NCBI GenBank assembly: GCA_025060455.1
Contig: JANXBY010000025.1
Span: forward strand, 4,867 to 68,866
Origin: Armatimonadota bacterium
GTDB lineage: Bacteria; Sysuimicrobiota; Sysuimicrobiia; Sysuimicrobiales; Sysuimicrobiaceae
Direction of reading: 5' to 3'
Length of the DNA stretch: 64,000 nucleotides
Positions 61,142 through 64,000 of this stretch are shown here, piece after piece. The notes beneath the pieces are model-generated. The model was not told where the DNA came from and made no database searches. It saw nothing but the letters and a program-made list of their open reading frames with translations. A program made the position numbers and the translations under genes. Numbering within the stretch: position 1 is the first letter of the stretch; the number at the start of each line of letters is the position of its first letter.

Positions 61142-62377
61142 GTGCTGCGCATCGCCGCGCCCAGCGCGGGGTTGCTGACGGTTCTGGAGACCATTGTCCT
61201 GCACACCCTCGTGCGCGCAGACCCCCTGACCTTGGCGGTGTCCCTCACGTTGTTCAACGGGGTCCTGGCCGTGGTGGTCGGCCGGCTCGGTGTGGCCCAG
61301 GTGAGCTACAGCCGCGGGCGCCGGGCTTTTCCAGGGTTCCCGGAGCCGCTCCCGGTGCTGCGGGACGGGCTCAACCGGGAGACAGCCCGGCAGACCGCCG
61401 AGCTCCTGGCGCGGCTGGAGGGGGTGCGGGCGGCGGCGGTGGCAGACCGGCAGGAGGTTCTGGCGGTTTGTGGCCCTGCCGCGGAAGACCCCACTGTGGG
61501 CGGTGCGGTGACCCGGGCTGTGGCCGCGGTCCGGGACCAAGCCCGCCCGCAGCGGCAGCCCTTGGCCGCGGGGGTCGTGGTGGCCTACCCCCTGGCCCAC
61601 CGCCGGGAGGTGCTGGGCGCCCTGGCCGTGGTGGTGGGGCCTGAGTGCCCCTCGGTGGAGGACGTCTGCCGGTCGGCGGAGCTGTTTGCGCGGTTTTTGG
61701 CGGTGCAGCTGGAGCTGGCGCAGGCGGACCAGCAGGCCCGGCTCGCCGCGGAGGCGGAGCTGAGGGCCCTGCGGGCGCAGATCAACCCGCACTTCTTCTT
61801 CAACACGCTGAACACCGTGGTCAGCTACCTGCGGGACGACCCGGAAACCGCCCGCAGGTTGCTGCTGCGCCTGGCCGACCTGTTCCGCATGAACATGCAG
61901 CTGCAGGGCCAGATCATTCCCTTCGCGGACGAGTACCAGTACATCCGGGACTACCTGTTCATCGAGCAGGCGCGATTCCGGGACCGGCTCCGGGTCGTGT
62001 ACGACATCGACCCTCAGGTGCTGAAGGTCGGGGTACCTGCTCTGTCCCTCCAGCCCATCGTGGAGAACGCGGTCCGTCACGGGATCGCGCCCAAGAACGG
62101 CCCTGGGACGGTGGAGATCCGGGCGCGGGTGGACCTGCTGACCCTGCGGGTCCACGTGGTGGTCCGGGACGACGGGGTGGGGATGCCTCCCGAACGGGTG
62201 GCGGAGCTGCTGGCGCCCAAGGGGGCGAACGGCGACCGGCGGGCCGGCCGGCGCGGCGTGGGACTGGCCAACGTGGCGGAGCGGCTGCGGCGGCTGTACG
62301 GCGACGCGTACGGCCTGCAGATCGACAGCGCACCGGGCAAGGGCACCACGGTGCACCTGCGCCTGCCCATGCGGTGA
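61142..62377 (+). CDS. LytS/YehU-type sensor histidine kinase (short TM input + GAF-like + His_kinase + HATPase)
   Basis: ELRALRAQINPHFFFNTLN, LQPIVENAVRHG, DDGVG, GVGLANVAERL..LYG, SAPGKGTTV; start inferred from GAGGGG RBS. Confidence 0.92.
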   Translation: MLRIAAPSAGLLTVLETIVLHTLVRADPLTLAVSLTLFNGVLAVVVGRLGVAQVSYSRGRRAFPGFPEPLPVLRDGLNRETARQTAELLARLEGVRAAAVADRQEVLAVCGPAAEDPTVGGAVTRAVAAVRDQARPQRQPLAAGVVVAYPLAHRREVLGALAVVVGPECPSVEDVCRSAELFARFLAVQLELAQADQQARLAAEAELRALRAQINPHFFFNTLNTVVSYLRDDPETARRLLLRLADLFRMNMQLQGQIIPFADEYQYIRDYLFIEQARFRDRLRVVYDIDPQVLKVGVPALSLQPIVENAVRHGIAPKNGPGTVEIRARVDLLTLRVHVVVRDDGVGMPPERVAELLAPKGANGDRRAGRRGVGLANVAERLRRLYGDAYGLQIDSAPGKGTTVHLRLPMR

Positions 62378-62378
62378 C

Positions 62379-63998
62379 GTGGACCCCATAGGGTTCGTGC
62401 GGGCTGCGCGGCCGTTCGGGGACCTCACCGAACGGGAGCTGGCGCACCTGGTCGGTGCCCTGGAGGTGGTGTACGTCCCGCGGGGGGACCGGGTGGCCGA
62501 CCGCGTGGCCAGCAGCCAGTACGTGTACCTGGTTCGCAAGGGCGCAGTACGCGTGGAAAAGGACGGGACCACCGCACACCTGGAAGAGGCGGAGGTGTTC
62601 GGGGGCCCGGACGGCACGTTTTGCGCCCCTCTGGAGGCGTGGGCGGAGGAGGACAGCCTGCTGTACCGGTGGCCCGCGCACGTGGTGGAAGCGGTGCGCC
62701 AACGCGGGGCGGTGGAGGGGGAGGTGCGATCCGGGGTGCTCGTGCCCGTGGAGCAGCTGGTACGGCGCGCTCCCGTGTGGGTGCCCCTGGACGCCACGTG
62801 CCAGCAGGCGGCGCAGCGGATGGCGCAGGAAGGCGTGAGCTCGGTGCTGGTGGTCCGGCAGCCGCCGGCGGGGGAGGGCCTTCCCGTAAGCGCCCTGGCA
62901 GGCATCCTTACGGACCGGGACCTGCGGATCAAGGTGGTGGCCCGCGGCCTCGGGGGGGACGTCCCGGTGGCACACGTCATGAGCTCTCCCGTGCACACCG
63001 TGGACTCCACCACCGCCACCTTCTCCGCGGTGCTGCGGATGTTGGAGCTGGGCGTGCACCACCTGCCCGTGGTGCGGGACGGCTTCGTGGTGGGGATGGT
63101 GACCGACACAGACCTGGTCCGGCTGCAGGCGCACAGCCCCCTGTTCCTGCTCAAGCGGCTCGAGGCCGGAGAGGTGGGCCGGTATGCGGAGGAGGTGGCG
63201 CAGACCGCCGGGGCGTTGCTCGGGGCGGGGGTGGACGTGGCGCAGGTGTGCCGGGCGGTAACCCAACTGCACGATGCCCTCTGCCGCCGTGTGGTGGCGG
63301 ACGCGCACGCCCGCGTGGGGCCGGCTCCGGTCCCATACGCCTGGGTGGTGTGCGGGTCAGAGGGGCGCGAGGAGCAGGTGCTGCCCACAGACCAGGACAA
63401 CTTCTTGGTGACCGCTCAGGACGGGCACGAGGCGTTCTTCGCGGCCTTTGCGGAAGCCGTGGCGGAGGGGCTGCAGGCCGCGGGCTTCCCTCCTTGCCCC
63501 GGGGGCTACATGGCCACCCGGTGGTGCCTCCCCCTGCGCCGCTGGGCGGAGGAGTTCCACCGGTGGCTGTCCGACCCGCAGGGGGAGTCGCTGCTGCACC
63601 TGCAGGTGTTCTTGGACTTCCGCAGGGTGGCTGGCACGCTTTCGCTGGAGCCCCTCGAGCAGGTGGTACAGTCCGCCCGTCACGCGCCCGTGGCCCTGGC
63701 CCATATGGCCAGGAGCTGTGTGGGGTTCCCCGTGCCCCTGGGGCCGTTCCGCGGGCTGCGCAGCCGGCACGGCAAGGTGGATCTGAAGGGGGGTCTGGTG
63801 GCACCGCTGGTGTGTGTTGCACGGGTGATGGCGCTGGCGGCGGGCAGCCGGGCCCGGAACACCTTCGAGCGGCTGCAAGCGGCTGCGCAGGCGGGCCTGG
63901 TGAGCCGCGAGGACGCGGAGGCGGCCAGCGACGCGCTGGGCTTCGGGCTGCGGTTGCGGCTGCAGTCGCAGCTCCGGGCTGTGCGGGAAGGTAGGCGG
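62379..63998 (+). CDS. cNMP-binding / tandem CBS / DUF294 nucleotidyltransferase protein, 3'-truncated (absent from ORF track)
   Basis: Frame open from GTG 62379 to the window end: YVYLVRKGAV (cNMP), GILTDRDLR and HHLPVV (CBS), GSEGREEQ..PTDQDN (Pol-beta NTase), FLDFR and DLK (DUF294_C). Confidence 0.9.
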   Translation, partial: MDPIGFVRAARPFGDLTERELAHLVGALEVVYVPRGDRVADRVASSQYVYLVRKGAVRVEKDGTTAHLEEAEVFGGPDGTFCAPLEAWAEEDSLLYRWPAHVVEAVRQRGAVEGEVRSGVLVPVEQLVRRAPVWVPLDATCQQAAQRMAQEGVSSVLVVRQPPAGEGLPVSALAGILTDRDLRIKVVARGLGGDVPVAHVMSSPVHTVDSTTATFSAVLRMLELGVHHLPVVRDGFVVGMVTDTDLVRLQAHSPLFLLKRLEAGEVGRYAEEVAQTAGALLGAGVDVAQVCRAVTQLHDALCRRVVADAHARVGPAPVPYAWVVCGSEGREEQVLPTDQDNFLVTAQDGHEAFFAAFAEAVAEGLQAAGFPPCPGGYMATRWCLPLRRWAEEFHRWLSDPQGESLLHLQVFLDFRRVAGTLSLEPLEQVVQSARHAPVALAHMARSCVGFPVPLGPFRGLRSRHGKVDLKGGLVAPLVCVARVMALAAGSRARNTFERLQAAAQAGLVSREDAEAASDALGFGLRLRLQSQLRAVREGRR

Positions 63999-64000
63999 CC

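Overview
A 64 kb, very GC-rich, densely coding bacterial chromosomal segment. I found no rRNA, tRNA, CRISPR array or transposase. In order it carries: (1) a type IV pilus block (5'-truncated pilC, a major pilin behind a near-consensus sigma54 promoter, four minor pilins); (2) nusB-acyP-ispA-tlyA-nadK-recN; (3) an accessory GntR / FAH / homocitrate-synthase-like / SBP / SDR operon, followed by a decayed M23 peptidase; (4) an EamA transporter and a PerR-like + degenerate MntR + DUF2203 operon; (5) a branched-chain 2-oxoacid dehydrogenase operon with lipA, ending in a twin-CxxC redoxin-like gene and an HPF/RaiA-sigma2-like fusion; (6) FNR, moeB-rhodanese (with a structured leader), yjbQ, iscA and nfu; (7) an approx. 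18 kb plus-strand run: rtcB, ACAD, split MetE, SRPBCC, malQ-glgB-glgX-GH13, mrp, ALDH, LptA-like, DUF2090 aldolase, MDR; (8) a Liv-type ABC / acyl-CoA ligase cluster split into convergent halves; (9) a MoaD-MoaE fusion and a PHP hydrolase; (10) an acetate module (two acs paralogues, ActP-like symporter, DUF4212) divergent from a LytS-type kinase and a cNMP-CBS-DUF294 nucleotidyltransferase that runs off the window. Best novelty candidates: the HPF-sigma2 fusion with its redoxin partner, the LytS/DUF294 acetate module, the GntR-HCS operon and the moeB leader RNA. All family calls come from motif recognition by eye, and no database search was run. Many starts were moved from the ORF track on the basis of RBS or stop/start overlap and remain provisional.
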